A stretch of 64,000 nucleotides of DNA. Origin: Chitinophaga pinensis (GTDB lineage Bacteria; Bacteroidota; Bacteroidia; 2-12-FULL-35-15). The position numbers and the translations under genes were made by a program. The stretch lies in the NCBI GenBank assembly GCA_945865315.1, contig CAMBDK010000002.1:5105-69104 (forward strand). The letters run 5' to 3'. Numbering within the stretch: the first letter of the stretch is position 1; each line of letters starts with the position of its first letter. Positions 37,679-48,244 of this stretch are shown in pieces. Below the pieces are notes generated by a model. That model was not told the DNA's origin and made no database searches. It worked only from the letters and a program-made list of their open reading frames with translations.

Positions 37679-40600
37679 ATGGCAACTAAAAAATACTGGA
37701 AAGGATTAGAAGAGCTCAAAAACAGTCCGGAGTTTGTTAAAAATGCAAATAATGAATTTGCAGAACAAGTTAGTGTGGAAGCGTTTTTAGGCGACAATAA
37801 TCTTGCTGTAAATACCGGTACTGACAGAAGAGATTTTTTAAAATTTTTAGGATTCAGTCTTGTGGCAGCATCTTTAGCTGCCTGCGAAACACCAGTTAAT
37901 ACAGCAATTCCTTACGTAGTCAAACCCGAAGAAATTACTCCTGGCGTTGCTAACTGGTATGCATCTACTTATTTTGATGGTAGGGATTACGCTTCTATAT
38001 TAGTCAAGACCAGAGAAGGAAGACCTATTAAAATTTCCGGAAACCCTATTTCAAAAGTAACAAATGGCGCTACAAACGCCCGTATTCAAGCTTCCGTACT
38101 TTCATTATACGATTCATCCCGTTTACAAGGTCCTACAATAAATGGTAAGGCAGATACCTGGTCGAATGTGGATAAAGAAATTGCTCAAAAATTGGCAGCT
38201 ATCACCAATAAAGCTGGAAGTATTCGTATTTTGTCCTCTACAGTAATTAGCCCTTCTACAAAGTCTGTAATAGCTGATTTTACTGCTAAATACCCATCAA
38301 CAAAACACATTACATACGATGCTATTTCTTATGCCGGAATTACAAATGCCAATGCTAAAGTTTTTGGACAAGCAATAATTCCTTCTTATAAATTTGAAAA
38401 TGCGCAAGTAATTGTAAGTATTGGTGCCGACTTCCTTGTTAACTGGATTGAAAATTTTTCTATGCCATATGCAAAAAACAGGAAAGTGAGTAAGGACAAA
38501 AAAGAAATGTCAAAGCACTATCAATTTGAATCCAACCTTTCATTATCTGGAGCAAACGCAGATGAACGCATACCTGTTAAGGTTTCTGAACATGGTAAAG
38601 TTGCAGTAAATTTATACAATGAAATTGCAAGGCTTGCTGGCATTCAATCTATACCATCCACTAAATTACCCTGCGATGCTATTATTAAAAAAGTAGCTTC
38701 CGACTTATATAATAACAAAGGAAAATCATTGGTAGTTTGCGGATCCAACGATACCAATTTGCAATTAATAATAATTGAAATAAATACATTGTTAGGTAGT
38801 TATGGAAAAACCATTGACATGGAAACCCCTAATTACTTAAATCAAAGTAATGATAAAGAATTTGCAGACTTAACTTCTGAGATGGAAGCCGGTAAAATTG
38901 ATGCTATCATAACTTATAATACGAATCCTGTTTATACAGCTCCTGGATCTTTAAAGTTTGCTGAAGCATATAATAAAGTGCCATTAAGGATCTCTTTTGC
39001 CGATAGAGCCGACGAAACTGCAGCTTTAGCAAATTATATCTGCCCCGATCATCATTACCTAGAATCATGGAACGACTTTAATCCTAAAAAAGCACATTAT
39101 AGTTTATCACAACCTACTATCAGACCCTTATTCTCTGCGGTAGATTCCGGAACTAGACAAGCACAGGAAACATTATTAAAATGGTCGGGAAGTAGCGTTG
39201 CTTATTATGCTTACATACAAAAAATATGGGCTGACAAGGTGTATCCAATGCAAGGTAAATACATGGTGTTCTCCGAATTTTGGAATAATTCATTGCATGA
39301 TGGTGCTATTGAAGTTGGAAATGGTTTAGAGGCATTGCCTTCAAATACTAAAGATAAATCTCAACAACCTATTGTAGAAATAAAAGAAGAGAAAAAACTT
39401 CCTGAACAAATAAATTTAAAAGAAATTGCCAACAAAATCAATTCCTTAAATAGTTCTGAAATTGAATTAGCGCTCTATGAAAAAGTAGGAATGGGTAATG
39501 GTATCCAGGCAAATAACCCTTGGTTACAGGAATTGCCAGATCCTATCTCAAAAATTACTTGGGATAATTATGTAACAATGTCGCCTGTTGAAATGAAGCA
39601 AAGGGGATATAAATTGATGGAACGTCAGGATAGGGAAGCTAGCGTAGTTAGTATTACTGTAAATGGTACCTCAATTGAATTACCTGTTATTCCGCAACCT
39701 GGACAAGCCCTTGGAACTATTGGTATTGCTGTAGGATATGGAAGAGAAAAAGCTGGGAAATTAAGTTTGCAAACTGGAACAATAATAGGTAAAAATGCAT
39801 TCCCTTTTATTAGTATGCTTGATGGAACATTTAATTACAGCGCTTTTGATGTAAAAATTGAAAATACAAATAAAACAACTGAAATAGCAGGAACTCAAGT
39901 TCACCATACCTTAATGGCTCGTGAAATTGTGAAAGAAACTACTTTAGAAAAATATTTAAAAGACCCTAAATCTGGTAATAAAGATGAAATGCTTATTACG
40001 CATGCTGGTCCTAAAAAGGCCGCAACAATTGATTTATGGGATGAACATGAAAAGTTGGGACATAAATGGGGGATGACCATTGATTTAAACTCTTGTATCG
40101 GTTGTGGTTCATGCGTTATTGCTTGTGGTGCCGAAAATAACGTTGCTGTTGTTGGTAAAGACCAAGTTATGAAAACCCGCGAAATGCAATGGATACGTAT
40201 CGACCGATATTATAGCAGCGATATGAATAAAGATATTGCAAGTGAAGTAGGTGAAGGAGCTATTGATATGTACCTGGATATGGAAAACCCTTCTACTGCA
40301 AATCCAAAAGTAGTGTTTCAGCCAATGATGTGTCAGCATTGTAGCCACGCTCCTTGCGAAACAGTTTGCCCTGTATTGGCTACCAACCATAGTTCCGACG
40401 GGTTAAATCATATGACTTATAATCGCTGTGTTGGAACCCGCTACTGCGCTAATAACTGCCCATATAAAGTAAGGCGTTTCAACTGGTTTAATTATAACGA
40501 AAACAAAGATTTTACTTTTAACCCTTCACAGGATGATTTAGGACGCATGGTGTTAAACCCAGATGTAGTAGTTCGTTCACGTGGGGTTATGGAAAAATGT

Positions 40601-40915
40601 TCCATGTGTGTGCAACGCATTCAAAAAGGAAAATTAGATGCAAAAACTGCTGAACGTAAATTAGTGGATGGTGATATAAATACAGCTTGCGCAGAAGCTT
40701 GTCCTGCAAATGCTATTTTATTCGGTGATGTGAATGACCCTAGCAGCGAAATAAGCTTATTAAGAAAAAGAGAAGAGAATGAACGTAATTATTTTATTTT
40801 GGAAGAATTGGGTGTTAAACCTTCCGTTTCTTATTTAACCAAAGTAAGAAATTGTGATGAAACAATTGAGGAGGGGAAAAGCAATAAAAAAAATTCAGAA
40901 ACTATTGAAGCATAA
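37679..40915 (+). CDS. actB: Alternative complex III subunit ActB (molybdopterin-oxidoreductase-like + 4Fe-4S ferredoxin domains)
   Basis: Tat-type signal RRDFLKFLGF, a large MopB-like domain, and a C-terminal polyferredoxin region (CIGCGSCVIAC, CQHCSHAPCETVCP, CVGTRYCANNCP, CSMCVQR). Confidence 0.9.
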   Translation: MATKKYWKGLEELKNSPEFVKNANNEFAEQVSVEAFLGDNNLAVNTGTDRRDFLKFLGFSLVAASLAACETPVNTAIPYVVKPEEITPGVANWYASTYFDGRDYASILVKTREGRPIKISGNPISKVTNGATNARIQASVLSLYDSSRLQGPTINGKADTWSNVDKEIAQKLAAITNKAGSIRILSSTVISPSTKSVIADFTAKYPSTKHITYDAISYAGITNANAKVFGQAIIPSYKFENAQVIVSIGADFLVNWIENFSMPYAKNRKVSKDKKEMSKHYQFESNLSLSGANADERIPVKVSEHGKVAVNLYNEIARLAGIQSIPSTKLPCDAIIKKVASDLYNNKGKSLVVCGSNDTNLQLIIIEINTLLGSYGKTIDMETPNYLNQSNDKEFADLTSEMEAGKIDAIITYNTNPVYTAPGSLKFAEAYNKVPLRISFADRADETAALANYICPDHHYLESWNDFNPKKAHYSLSQPTIRPLFSAVDSGTRQAQETLLKWSGSSVAYYAYIQKIWADKVYPMQGKYMVFSEFWNNSLHDGAIEVGNGLEALPSNTKDKSQQPIVEIKEEKKLPEQINLKEIANKINSLNSSEIELALYEKVGMGNGIQANNPWLQELPDPISKITWDNYVTMSPVEMKQRGYKLMERQDREASVVSITVNGTSIELPVIPQPGQALGTIGIAVGYGREKAGKLSLQTGTIIGKNAFPFISMLDGTFNYSAFDVKIENTNKTTEIAGTQVHHTLMAREIVKETTLEKYLKDPKSGNKDEMLITHAGPKKAATIDLWDEHEKLGHKWGMTIDLNSCIGCGSCVIACGAENNVAVVGKDQVMKTREMQWIRIDRYYSSDMNKDIASEVGEGAIDMYLDMENPSTANPKVVFQPMMCQHCSHAPCETVCPVLATNHSSDGLNHMTYNRCVGTRYCANNCPYKVRRFNWFNYNENKDFTFNPSQDDLGRMVLNPDVVVRSRGVMEKCSMCVQRIQKGKLDAKTAERKLVDGDINTACAEACPANAILFGDVNDPSSEISLLRKREENERNYFILEELGVKPSVSYLTKVRNCDETIEEGKSNKKNSETIEA

Positions 40916-41016
40916 TTATTTAATTTGAATGCTCATTGAGTTAAAACTTCAATTTGCGAAAATAAAAAATTGTGCAAAAAAACTATCAAATTATCAAATT
41001 ATCAAATTAATATAAT

Positions 41017-42393
41017 ATGCAGCACGAATCAGAAATTAGAACGCCCTTAATCCTTGGCAATAAATCATATCATCAGATTTCTGAAGATATTGCAAGGCCT
41101 ATTGAGGGTAAATCTACTAAGCTTTGGTATATTTTACTTACAATATCCGCCATACTTTTTTTATGGGGTATTGCCTGTTTATCCTACACAATTGGAGTTG
41201 GAATTGGTGTTTGGGGTTCTAATAATGGCGTTGCTTGGGCTTGGGACATTACAAACTTTGTATGGTGGATCGGTATCGGCCACGCAGGTACCCTAATATC
41301 TGCCGTATTATTATTGTTCCGTCAGAAATGGAGAATGGGAATTAACAGATCTGCCGAGGCAATGACAATTTTTGCTGTTATGTGTGCCGCTATTTTTGTT
41401 ACCTTACATACTGGGAGGCCTTGGCTCGACTATTGGTTGTTTCCTTTGCCTAACCAATTCGGATCTTTATGGATAAACTTTAACTCCCCTCTTGTTTGGG
41501 ACGTATTTGCTGTATCTACCTACTTCTCTGTATCATTGGTGTTTTGGTATACGGGTCTAATTCCCGATTTTGCTATGATTCGTGATAGAGCAGTAAAGCC
41601 TACTTTCAAAAAAATATATAGCATATTAAGTTTTGGTTGGGGGGGCGGAGCGCGTCACTGGAGCCGTTTCGAGGAAGTTTCTTTGGTACTTGCTGGTTTA
41701 TCTACCCCACTCGTATTTTCTGTTCACTCAATTGTATCCATGGACTTTGCAACATCCGTAGTACCGGGTTGGCATACAACTATCTTTCCTCCTTATTTTG
41801 TTGCTGGTGCTATTTTTTCTGGCTTCGCCATGGTGCTCACACTGCTTTTGATAATGCGTAAAGTATATCGCTTGGAAAATTACATTACAATTAAACATGT
41901 CGAATATATGAATATTGTTATCATTGTTACAGGTTCAATTGTTGGTGTGGCATATTTAACAGAGCTTTTTATTTCTTGGTATTCTGGGGTTGAATATGAA
42001 CAATATGCTTTCCTTAATCGTGCTACCGGACCATATTGGTGGGCATATGCAGCAATGATGACTTGTAATGTTATTTCCCCGCAATTATTTTGGTTCAAAA
42101 AATTACGTACCAGCTTAACATTTACATTTATTATGTCCATTATTGTGAACATAGGTATGTGGTTCGAACGATTTGTTATCATTGTCCCTACACTATGCCG
42201 TACATACCTGCCTTCTTCTTGGAACATGTACCATCCAACTTTTGTAGACATAGGTATTTTTTCAGGTACAATAGGCATGTTTTTTACTTTCTTTTTATTA
42301 TTTACTAGATATTTCCCTGTTATTGCACAAGCAGAATTAAAATCTATTATGAAATCATCGGGACAAGAACATAAAGATAAAAGAGCACATTAA
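41017..42393 (+). CDS. actC: Alternative complex III subunit ActC (NrfD/PsrC-like quinol-interacting membrane subunit)
   Basis: About 10 TM helices in an NrfD-like pattern. Position is immediately after actB. Confidence 0.85.
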   Translation: MQHESEIRTPLILGNKSYHQISEDIARPIEGKSTKLWYILLTISAILFLWGIACLSYTIGVGIGVWGSNNGVAWAWDITNFVWWIGIGHAGTLISAVLLLFRQKWRMGINRSAEAMTIFAVMCAAIFVTLHTGRPWLDYWLFPLPNQFGSLWINFNSPLVWDVFAVSTYFSVSLVFWYTGLIPDFAMIRDRAVKPTFKKIYSILSFGWGGGARHWSRFEEVSLVLAGLSTPLVFSVHSIVSMDFATSVVPGWHTTIFPPYFVAGAIFSGFAMVLTLLLIMRKVYRLENYITIKHVEYMNIVIIVTGSIVGVAYLTELFISWYSGVEYEQYAFLNRATGPYWWAYAAMMTCNVISPQLFWFKKLRTSLTFTFIMSIIVNIGMWFERFVIIVPTLCRTYLPSSWNMYHPTFVDIGIFSGTIGMFFTFFLLFTRYFPVIAQAELKSIMKSSGQEHKDKRAH

Positions 42394-42534
42394 TTGAGAT
42401 TCCATAGCCTTGCAAGGTAAAAGGGATTTTTAAAAAATATACAAAAGAATAATATTAATAGAATTTAAATAAATTAACCAACTCAGCTATTCTCTCCGTT
42501 TTGGAGAGATTACGAAAGAGGCAAAGGAGGTAAA

Positions 42535-43053
42535 ATGAGCAAAATAGCAATACATGCAATTTATGACGATGAAGAGCCATTAATGGAAACGGCTAAGGAG
42601 CTTCGTACAAAAGGGATAAAAGTTAAAGAGGTGTTCTCACCATTTCCTATTCACGGTATTGACGCTCTTATTGGTGTTCCTCGAACACGCATTGCAATTT
42701 GCGCCTTTATTTATGGTATCACTGGCATGTCATTAGGCACATTAATGATGTGGTACATGAATATTCATGATTGGCCTACCGACATTGGAGGTAAACCAAG
42801 CTTTGCATATTACATGAACGTTCCTGCATTTATACCCATCACCTTCGAATGCACCGTGTTTTGCGCCGCTCATGGTATGGTAATTACTCATTTTTTAAGA
42901 AGTTGGTTAATTCCAGGAGCCAAAGCGAAAAATCCAGACCCAAGAACCACGGATGATAAATTTTTGATGATTGTTGAAACAAATGAGCAAGATAAAAACA
43001 GCATCGAAACTTTATTGAAAAATGGTGGCGCAACTGAAATTTCTTTTAAATAA
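42535..43053 (+). CDS. actD: Alternative complex III subunit ActD (DUF3341-type)
   Basis: 172 aa with a soluble N-terminal domain plus membrane helices. Position is between actC and the monohaem cytochrome gene. Confidence 0.75.
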   Translation: MSKIAIHAIYDDEEPLMETAKELRTKGIKVKEVFSPFPIHGIDALIGVPRTRIAICAFIYGITGMSLGTLMMWYMNIHDWPTDIGGKPSFAYYMNVPAFIPITFECTVFCAAHGMVITHFLRSWLIPGAKAKNPDPRTTDDKFLMIVETNEQDKNSIETLLKNGGATEISFK

Positions 43054-43127
43054 TTATTAAAAGCAATAAGTGCAAATTATTTAAACAAAAATTAATTAAT
43101 TAAACTTATTCAAAATAAATAATAAAA

Positions 43128-43706
43128 ATGGATAAAAAAGCAAAAAAAATTATTTCCTTCTTAACGCTTTTAAGCTGTCTAACAATAGTTTTTACATCTT
43201 GCGAAAAGCATAACCCTAATAGCCCTGGTGTTGAGTTTATGCCTGATATGTACCGATCTCCTTCATTGGAAGGCAATATGGGATATACCTCAATTAGTAA
43301 TGGAAATTTGATGCAAGGCAACAAATCACCTGTTGTAGGAACAATTGCAAGAGGTTTTATGCCATATATTTATGGAAATGATACAGCAGGTTATGGTATG
43401 GCAGGTCGCAACTTACATAACCCCTTTGAAAAAAATGAAATTAATTTAAAAGCAGGGGAAGAACTTTTTGGTATTTTTTGCGTGGAATGTCATGGGAGTG
43501 CAGGACTTGGAGATGGTCTTGTAGGAATCAAATTACCTGGAGCACCTCCTTCATATACAAGCGCAGCTTTAAAAAATCTGCCTGAAGGAAAAATTTTTCA
43601 TACAATAACTTATGGGAAAGGCTTGATGGGCTCACACGCGTCGCAGCTTACCCAAGAAGAACGCTGGAAATTAGTGCTCTATGTGCAAAAATTGCAAAAC
43701 CAATAA
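43128..43706 (+). CDS. actE: Alternative complex III subunit ActE, monohaem cytochrome c lipoprotein
   Basis: Lipobox VFTSC, a single CVECH and a distal Met context (TYGKGLMGSH). Confidence 0.8.
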   Translation: MDKKAKKIISFLTLLSCLTIVFTSCEKHNPNSPGVEFMPDMYRSPSLEGNMGYTSISNGNLMQGNKSPVVGTIARGFMPYIYGNDTAGYGMAGRNLHNPFEKNEINLKAGEELFGIFCVECHGSAGLGDGLVGIKLPGAPPSYTSAALKNLPEGKIFHTITYGKGLMGSHASQLTQEERWKLVLYVQKLQNQ

Positions 43707-43805
43707 AAAACTTGTAAATGAAACTTATAAGTATATATTTTTTGGCTTTAAGGAAATAATAATTTAAAAATAAATTAGAGATATTTTTGAGAAATAAAAG
43801 ATTAA

Positions 43806-45068
43806 ATGGAAAAAAACATGAATAATTTGAACTATATATTTACTAAAAAAACCAAAAATATTACTTTTGGACTAATGGCTATAGGTATAATTAGCATCGT
43901 TGCTGGGTTTATTACCGATCACGCTCCTGAAGGTGTTAGCCATGATGATTATCACAAAACACGTTTTTGGGCAAATCTACTTGTTAATGGCTGGTTTTTT
44001 ATGGGTATCGCTTTATTAGCTACTTTTTTTATGGCAGTGCAGTATGCAGCCGAAGTAGCTTGGTCTGTTGCTGTAAAAAGAGTTTATGAAGCTATTTCCA
44101 GTTTCTTGCCTATTGGTGCATTAATTATGTTTTTAATTCTTCTTGCAGGACAATTTCATTTGCACCACCTTTATCATTGGATGGATCCTGAAATTTATGT
44201 GAAAACTTTGGCGGATGGAACACCTAATCCTAAGTACGATGCTGTAATTACTGGCAAAGGCGCTTACTTTACTCCTTGGTTCTTTTGGTTAAGAGCCATC
44301 GTTTATATGGTTGTTTGGATTATTTTCCAAAAAGGGTTCATTAAAAGATCTATAGAACAGGATTTAATTGGTGGTACTGCAATTCATTATAAAAACATCT
44401 CTAAAGCTGCTGTTTTCTTGGTGTTTTTTGCTGTTACCTCTTCTACATCGGCTTGGGATTGGATGATGTCAATAGATACTCATTGGTTTAGTACCATGTA
44501 TGGTTGGTACGCATTTGCTGGTAACTGGATTTCTGCTATGGTTGTAATTATGCTAATGGTATTATTTTTAAAACGCAATGGCTATTTGGAACAGGTAAAC
44601 GAAAACCATATTCATGATATAGGTAAGTGGATGTTTGCTGTTAGTTTCTTGTGGAGTTATTTATGGTTCTGCCAATTCATGTTAATTTGGTATACAAACA
44701 TACCGGAAGAAATAATTTATTTTCAAGATCGCCTTCATAATTATGGATACATGGGATTAATGTGGACGGTATTTTTTATGAACTTTGCTTTTCCAATGAT
44801 AATGCTAATGAGTCGTGACTCAAAACGCAACTATTTTTTCCTATTATCTGTAGGGTTAATCATTCTTGTTGGGCATTGGTTGGATGTATTTATGATGGTT
44901 ATGCCAGGTACTGTTCATGGAAACTGGCATTTGGGATGGCTAGAAATTGGCATGGCATTAGGTTTTGTTGGTTTAATGTTATATGTAATTCATAGCGCAT
45001 TGGCAAAATCACCATTAATGGTTAAAAATCACCCTTATTTAGAAGAAAGTATTCATCACCATGTTTAA
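43806..45068 (+). CDS. actF: Alternative complex III subunit ActF (second NrfD-like membrane subunit)
   Basis: Polytopic membrane protein in the last position of the act cluster. Confidence 0.75.
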   Translation: MEKNMNNLNYIFTKKTKNITFGLMAIGIISIVAGFITDHAPEGVSHDDYHKTRFWANLLVNGWFFMGIALLATFFMAVQYAAEVAWSVAVKRVYEAISSFLPIGALIMFLILLAGQFHLHHLYHWMDPEIYVKTLADGTPNPKYDAVITGKGAYFTPWFFWLRAIVYMVVWIIFQKGFIKRSIEQDLIGGTAIHYKNISKAAVFLVFFAVTSSTSAWDWMMSIDTHWFSTMYGWYAFAGNWISAMVVIMLMVLFLKRNGYLEQVNENHIHDIGKWMFAVSFLWSYLWFCQFMLIWYTNIPEEIIYFQDRLHNYGYMGLMWTVFFMNFAFPMIMLMSRDSKRNYFFLLSVGLIILVGHWLDVFMMVMPGTVHGNWHLGWLEIGMALGFVGLMLYVIHSALAKSPLMVKNHPYLEESIHHHV

Positions 45069-45245
45069 TTTAAAATGCTTTCTATTATGTATTAATCAAT
45101 AGATGATAGAGAGATAATAAAAATAATAAAAAACAATAAGAATTAATATTAAGGATATAACAGTAATAATGTAATTAATCCAAACTACGAATCCAAAGTC
45201 TAAAAATAGAATGTGATTTAGGAGTCAGAAATAATAAACTAGAAT

Positions 45246-46268
45246 ATGATAAAATTTTTAATTTACGTTGCCATCATTTTAGCAGTTTTTGCAATAGGCT
45301 ACTTAGTAAGAGTATTTGAGCTCGCTTCTATTTTAAAGGGCGATAGCCCGCATAAAGTTACGGATAAGGATAATAAATTCATGTCAAAAATAATGATGTT
45401 GTTTTTGGTGGTATTCTTTGTATTTGCAATTTGGAATTTAAAGGTTTATGGACCACTTTTGCTCCCTGACTCAGCATCGGTGCATGGTGCAGAATTAGAT
45501 TGGTTGTTTAATTTTAATATGATCATATTGTTTGTTGTATTTGTAATTACACATATCGCATTGTTTTACTTTGCCTATAAATATTATGGAAGAAAAGAAA
45601 ATACGGCTACGTACTTTACGCATAGTAATAAACTAGAAATGATTTGGACAATAATTCCTGCAATTATACTTACCTTTATTATTATTTATGGTTTGCAGGC
45701 ATGGACAACTATTACAGCTCCTGCATCTAAAGACGCTATCGTAATGCAGCTTTATTCTAAACAATTCGACTGGACAGCTCGTTATGCTGGTAAAGACAAT
45801 GAATTGGGAGCATCTAATTATAAACTTATTACCGATCAAAATGCTTTAGGAATGGATTCTACCGATACTAAGGGTAAAGATGATATTATTGTTCGCAATG
45901 AATTTCATATTCCTGTTAATAAAGAAATAGAATTCAAATTGAATGCCCGTGAAGTAATACACAGTGCTTATTTACCTCATTTTAAAGCTCAAATGAACTG
46001 CGTGCCAGGGATGACTACCATGATGCATTTTACTCCTACTATTACTACTGCTGAAATGCGTAAAAAGCCTTATGTAATTAATTTAATGAAAGGGATAAAT
46101 GCTGTAAGAGAAAAAAGAGGGGAAAAGCCTGAAGAGTTTAATTATATCTTATTGTGTAATAAAATATGTGGTAATAGCCATTATAATATGCAAATGACAG
46201 TGGTTGTAGAATCAGAAACTGAATACAATGAATGGTTAAAAAGTAAAAAAACATATTTTAAAAATTAA
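45246..46268 (+). CDS. coxB: Cytochrome c oxidase subunit II (no fused cytochrome c domain)
   Basis: Two N-terminal TM helices plus a cupredoxin domain with CuA ligands (H...CNKICGNSHYNM, i.e. C-x3-C-x3-H-x2-M). Confidence 0.85.
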   Translation: MIKFLIYVAIILAVFAIGYLVRVFELASILKGDSPHKVTDKDNKFMSKIMMLFLVVFFVFAIWNLKVYGPLLLPDSASVHGAELDWLFNFNMIILFVVFVITHIALFYFAYKYYGRKENTATYFTHSNKLEMIWTIIPAIILTFIIIYGLQAWTTITAPASKDAIVMQLYSKQFDWTARYAGKDNELGASNYKLITDQNALGMDSTDTKGKDDIIVRNEFHIPVNKEIEFKLNAREVIHSAYLPHFKAQMNCVPGMTTMMHFTPTITTAEMRKKPYVINLMKGINAVREKRGEKPEEFNYILLCNKICGNSHYNMQMTVVVESETEYNEWLKSKKTYFKN

Positions 46269-46339
46269 CAAACAAAATTTTCAATTTTAAAATAGACTGC
46301 AATAATCTTAAAATTAAAAAATTATCAAAATAATAAAAG

Positions 46340-48145
46340 ATGGAGAATCACGATCAACAAGCTCAATCAAACCATGGTCACCTAGAAGAACATCATCATG
46401 AAGAATCATTTGTGACCAAATATATTTTTAGTAAAGATCATAAAATGATTTCTCGCCAGTTTTTAATAACAGCTGTAATTATGGCTTTTATTGCAATGGT
46501 TATGTCTTTTATGTTCCGTTTGCAATTAGCTTGGCCTGGTGAAAAATTTTGGATCCTCAATTTTTTATTAGGAGATAAATGGGCCCCTGAGGGTGTGCTC
46601 GAGCCTGGCATGTACATGCAACTTGTTACTATTCACGGTACAATTATGGTTTTTATGGTTTTAACTGGAGGGCTGAGTGGTACATTTAGCAACCTGTTAA
46701 TACCTTACCAAATTGGAGCACGCGACATGGCTTCAGGATTTTTAAACATGTTATCCTATTGGTTTTTCTTTTTGTCTAGCGCCGTTATGTTGGCTGGCTT
46801 TTTTGTTGAAACGGGAGCCGCATCAGGAGGCTGGACGGTATATCCTCCTCTTAGTGCTTTGCCGCAAGCAATGGATGGATCAAAACTTGGAATGACATTG
46901 TGGTTGGTTTCTATGAGTTTATTCATTATATCCGCATTATTAGGCGGATTAAATTACATAGTTACCGTATTAAACCTGCGCACAAAAGGAATGACAATGA
47001 CCCGTTTACCATTAACAATATGGGCGTTTTTATTAACAGCTGTGCTTGGTGTACTATCCTTTCCTGTTTTGTTTTCAGCAGCTTTGTTATTAATATTTGA
47101 TAGAAGTTTTGGCACATCCTTTTATTTGTCAGACATTTATATTGGTGGGCAAGCGCTTGAACAAACTGGCGGAAGTCCCATCCTATATGAACATTTGTTT
47201 TGGTTCTTAGGACATCCTGAAGTATACATCATCATTTTACCAGCTTTGGGTATCACTTCAGAAATTATTGCTGTAAATTCCCGAAAACCAATTTTTGGTT
47301 ATCGTGCTATGATTGGTTCCATTTTAGCAATAGCTTTCTTATCCTTTATTGTTTGGGGACACCACATGTTTATTACTGGAATGAACCCTTTCCTAGGCTC
47401 CGTCTTCGTATTTACTACCCTGTTAATTGCTATCCCTTCTGGAGTAAAAGCATTTAATTATATCACTACATTATGGAAAGGTAATATACAATATACTCCT
47501 GCAATGTTGTTTTCAATTGGATTGGTATCTACATTTATCTCTGGTGGATTAACCGGAATAATTCTTGCCGATTCTGCTTTGGATATCCCTTTGCACGACA
47601 CGCAGTTTGTTACTGCTCACTTTCATATTGTAATGGGTGTTTCTGCTATATTAGGTATGTTGGCAGGAGTTTATCATTGGTTTCCTAAGTTATTCTTGCG
47701 CCACATGAATAAAAAGTTAGGGTACATACATTTTTGGGGTACCTTCATTTCTGCTTATGGTGTATTTTTTCCAATGCACTTTTTGGGCTTAGCTGGATTA
47801 CCTCGTAGGTATTATTCTTTTACTGCATTCCCAATGTTTGATAACCTGGTTGATATAAATATATTTATTACCACCTTTGCTATGTTGGCTGCATTTGTGC
47901 AAATAATTTTTATGTTTAATTTTATCTATTCTATTTTCCGTGGACCTAAATCAGAACAAAACCCATGGAATTCAAATACTTTAGAATGGACAACTCCTAT
48001 GGAAAATACACACGGTAATTGGCCAGGTAAATTGCCTGTAGTGCATCGTTGGCCATATGATTATAGTAAACCAGGAAAGGCCCATGATTTTGTGCCGCAA
48101 ACGGTTCCTTTAGAAGAAGGAGAAGTGGATGGCGGCGGTCATTAA
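46340..48145 (+). CDS. ctaD: Cytochrome c oxidase subunit I
   Basis: Haem-copper oxidase signatures WFLGHPEVYIIILP, WGHHMF and HDTQFVTAHFHIVM. Confidence 0.95.
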   Translation: MENHDQQAQSNHGHLEEHHHEESFVTKYIFSKDHKMISRQFLITAVIMAFIAMVMSFMFRLQLAWPGEKFWILNFLLGDKWAPEGVLEPGMYMQLVTIHGTIMVFMVLTGGLSGTFSNLLIPYQIGARDMASGFLNMLSYWFFFLSSAVMLAGFFVETGAASGGWTVYPPLSALPQAMDGSKLGMTLWLVSMSLFIISALLGGLNYIVTVLNLRTKGMTMTRLPLTIWAFLLTAVLGVLSFPVLFSAALLLIFDRSFGTSFYLSDIYIGGQALEQTGGSPILYEHLFWFLGHPEVYIIILPALGITSEIIAVNSRKPIFGYRAMIGSILAIAFLSFIVWGHHMFITGMNPFLGSVFVFTTLLIAIPSGVKAFNYITTLWKGNIQYTPAMLFSIGLVSTFISGGLTGIILADSALDIPLHDTQFVTAHFHIVMGVSAILGMLAGVYHWFPKLFLRHMNKKLGYIHFWGTFISAYGVFFPMHFLGLAGLPRRYYSFTAFPMFDNLVDINIFITTFAMLAAFVQIIFMFNFIYSIFRGPKSEQNPWNSNTLEWTTPMENTHGNWPGKLPVVHRWPYDYSKPGKAHDFVPQTVPLEEGEVDGGGH

Positions 48146-48180
48146 TTTATAAAACCACCGCAACCAAAATTATTTTAAAA

Positions 48181-48216
48181 AATCCCTGAACAAAAATTAG
48201 TTCAGGGATTTTTTTT
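48181..48216 (+). terminator. Intrinsic terminator after ctaD
   Basis: 11-bp perfect stem AATCCCTGAAC/GTTCAGGGATT with an 8-nt loop, followed by a T8 run. An A-run precedes it, so it could act bidirectionally. Confidence 0.7.
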
Positions 48217-48244
48217 AGAACCTTATATCAAATATATTTATTAA

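Noticed and set aside
40984-41007. Three tandem TATCAAAT octamers 9 nt upstream of the actC start, with similar TTCAAAT repeats before actB
   Set aside because: These are very short AT-rich tandem repeats in the A/T-rich translation-initiation region. They are compatible with chance or replication slippage and give no evidence of function.
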